A DNA stretch of 63,873 nt, filler included, from Lama guanicoe (lineage: Eukaryota), in assembly GCA_013239625.1 (NCBI GenBank). It is 81 parts of 77 records of this genome, joined end to end, with 100 filler letters (N's around TTAATTAATTAA, not from the genome) between each part and the next. Parts side by side here need not be neighbours in the genome. Positions count along the whole stretch, not along the records: positions 61,655 to 62,457 come from PNXV01009413.1; positions 62,558 to 63,029 come from PNXV01009414.1; positions 63,130 to 63,873 come from PNXV01009415.1; 78 more parts are not named here. One strand, written 5' to 3'. Of this stretch, positions 61,905-63,873 are shown in pieces (within the stretch, counting starts at the first letter, position 1; every line of letters starts with the position of its first letter). A program made the translations under genes and the position numbers. Under the pieces are notes generated by a model. That model searched no databases, had not been told where the DNA came from, and saw only the letters and a program-made list of their open reading frames with translations.

Positions 61905-62200
61905 TGTAATAGCTATCTATTGCTGCATAACAAATTGCTCCAAAATGTATTTGCCAAAAACAACAAGCATTTATCTTGTCACAGTTTCTGTGCATTGGGA
62001 ATCCAAGAGTGGTGTACCTCTGGTTCAAGGTCTCTCATGTGGTTGTAGTCAAGCTGCTGTCTTCTCTGAAGACTCAGCCAGGAAAGGGTCTGTTTTCAAG
62101 CTTCCTCAGGGGACAATTGGCGGGCCTCATGGCACCTGGCTTCCCCCAGAGTGAGTGATCTGAGAGAGAAGAGCACACCCTAGATGAAAGCCACAGTCTC
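61905..62200. mobile_element. MLT1-type MaLR LTR
   Basis: tatctattgctgcataacaaattgctccaaaa...cacagtttctgtg...cacctggcttcccccagagtgagtgatc. Confidence 0.75.
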
Positions 62201-62557
62201 TCTTTTTTTCAAGATATGAATGTTATTAATTAAGCAACTTTTTTAGAGATGGGGTAAAATTCTGGTTTGTGTTTGGAAACATCAAAGAATTTAGCAAGTT
62301 GCCTCCTGGTTTAAGCAAGACACACTTGTATACTAACATATGCAGCCTAGTTCCACTCAAGAATAGCTTGGAAAGCATTTCTGCTAGCCAAAAGCCCCAA
62401 GCATTTTAATTCTGCCTTTACACTGGTTACATTTCCAAAATGTCATTTTTTTTTTTTNNNNNNNNNNNNNNNNNNNNNNNNNNNNNNNNNNNNNNNNNNN
62501 NTTAATTAATTAANNNNNNNNNNNNNNNNNNNNNNNNNNNNNNNNNNNNNNNNNNNN

Positions 62558-63029
62558 GGAATCTATATTCTAATATCTGTTTTCCGCATTCTATTTTCTA
62601 AAGCCTGAATTCAGTATTGTGTGTTCTTTATACGAAATTCTGTTTTGTGCATTCCATGTTCTAAATTCTGGCTTCTATATTCTCTATTCCATATTCTATA
62701 TGTTGTGTTCTTCATTCTATATTCACCATTCAATATTCTGCATTCCGTATTCTATATTCTTTATACTGTGTTCTACATTCTATATTCTAAATTATATCTT
62801 TAGTATTCTGTATTCTGTAATTTGAATTCTGTGTTCTACTGCATTCCATAAATTCTGGGTTCAATATTCTTTATTCTCTATTCTATATTCTGAGTTCCTC
62901 ATTCGTTATTCTATATTCTATATTCAGTATTCTGTATTCTATTTTCTTTATAATTTGTTTTGCATTCCCCGTTCTAAATCCTATATTCAGTATTCTGTAT
63001 TCTATATTCTAAAATCTGATTTCCGCATT
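62558..63029 (-). repeat. Heptameric satellite
   Basis: 7-bp periodicity. Confidence 0.95.
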
Positions 63030-63873
63030 NNNNNNNNNNNNNNNNNNNNNNNNNNNNNNNNNNNNNNNNNNNNTTAATTAATTAANNNNNNNNNNNNNNN
63101 NNNNNNNNNNNNNNNNNNNNNNNNNNNNNAGTGCAGCCCGAAGCAATGGACGGACTGTGGAGGCCCCTGGCGGCTCATAGTGGTGCCTTTCACCACGTGC
63201 AGGTTGAGAGGTGCCTCCCCACCGCCTCCCTCCCCTCCCATCGAGGGAGATGGCTGGTCCTCAGCTGAGCTTACCTCATAGCAAGCTGTCTCTCAGCCCT
63301 CTGTCTAAAGCAAGGTAAAAGCAGGAAAGCTACCTGGGACTTTACAGAACCATTCCAAAAGGGAACTGAAGCACCTTTCTTCCCTCCTGTCAGCTGCCTG
63401 GAATGTGGACTTGATGGTTGACCCTCAGGCAGCCACTTTGGGCCATCAAGTTGACGGGCTGAAAATAACAGGCATCTGGTTCTCTGACCCTGGGGCCTTC
63501 ATGCAAGCCAGCCCTGCTGTACTGATTGCTTGACTTCTTTATGTAAGAGGGAAATACAAGTTTAGCATGTGTAACCACTGCTGTGGGGAGCTAGCTGTTG
63601 TACATTGCCACGGTAAGTCCTAATAATAAAGTTAAAGATTCACCAAAAACTATTTACCAAAAAGTTAATAAATGATAAAGAGTTCCTGATTTTTGTTTTA
63701 ATGCTATGAAATGTAAATCAAGTTTCAGCATATGCTAGTAAAATAAGACACTGTGGAGGAAAAGCCAGAGATTGTAAAACAGAGACCCAAAGCATCCTCT
63801 TCTCCAAGGCCCAGGAGGACAGCTGTGACTCTACGTGACAAGGCTGGAGTCACATGGGCTCCCTGTTTTCCTT

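Noticed and set aside
559..63129. Regularly recurring palindrome TTAATTAATTAA separating unique segments, superficially like a CRISPR or cassette array
   Set aside because: Always flanked by exactly 44 N on each side. It is a synthetic six-frame-stop joiner, not biological sequence.

Overview
This is not a contiguous locus. It is about 81 short unplaced scaffolds (roughly 0.4-1.4 kb each) joined by about 80 copies of an artificial 100-bp spacer (44 N + TTAATTAATTAA + 44 N), so it is a chrUn-type pseudomolecule and adjacency across spacers has no biological meaning. The DNA is mammalian, most likely camelid; this is inferred from Vic-1-like tRNA-derived SINEs and is compatible with the mammalian COX1 fragment. 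Content is mostly heterochromatic: a heptameric (AGAATAT-type) satellite in 14 scaffolds, a 266-267-bp satellite plus a strongly diverged 267-bp sister subfamily, a ~249-bp satellite plus a diverged subfamily, (GGA/CCT)n triplet arrays, a 16-bp minisatellite, and many LINE-1, LTR and SINE fragments. Gene-derived pieces are a ~190-bp frameshifted mitochondrial COX1 NUMT embedded in a (GGA)n array, two intact ANKRD26/POTE-family ankyrin exons on different scaffolds that splice in phase, and a frameshifted USP32 EF-hand exon. Almost all ORFs in the supplied track are artefacts of N-runs or low complexity. No complete new biological system can be shown. The best leads are the NUMT inside the triplet array, the satellite family relationships, and the duplicated ANKRD26-like and USP32 material.
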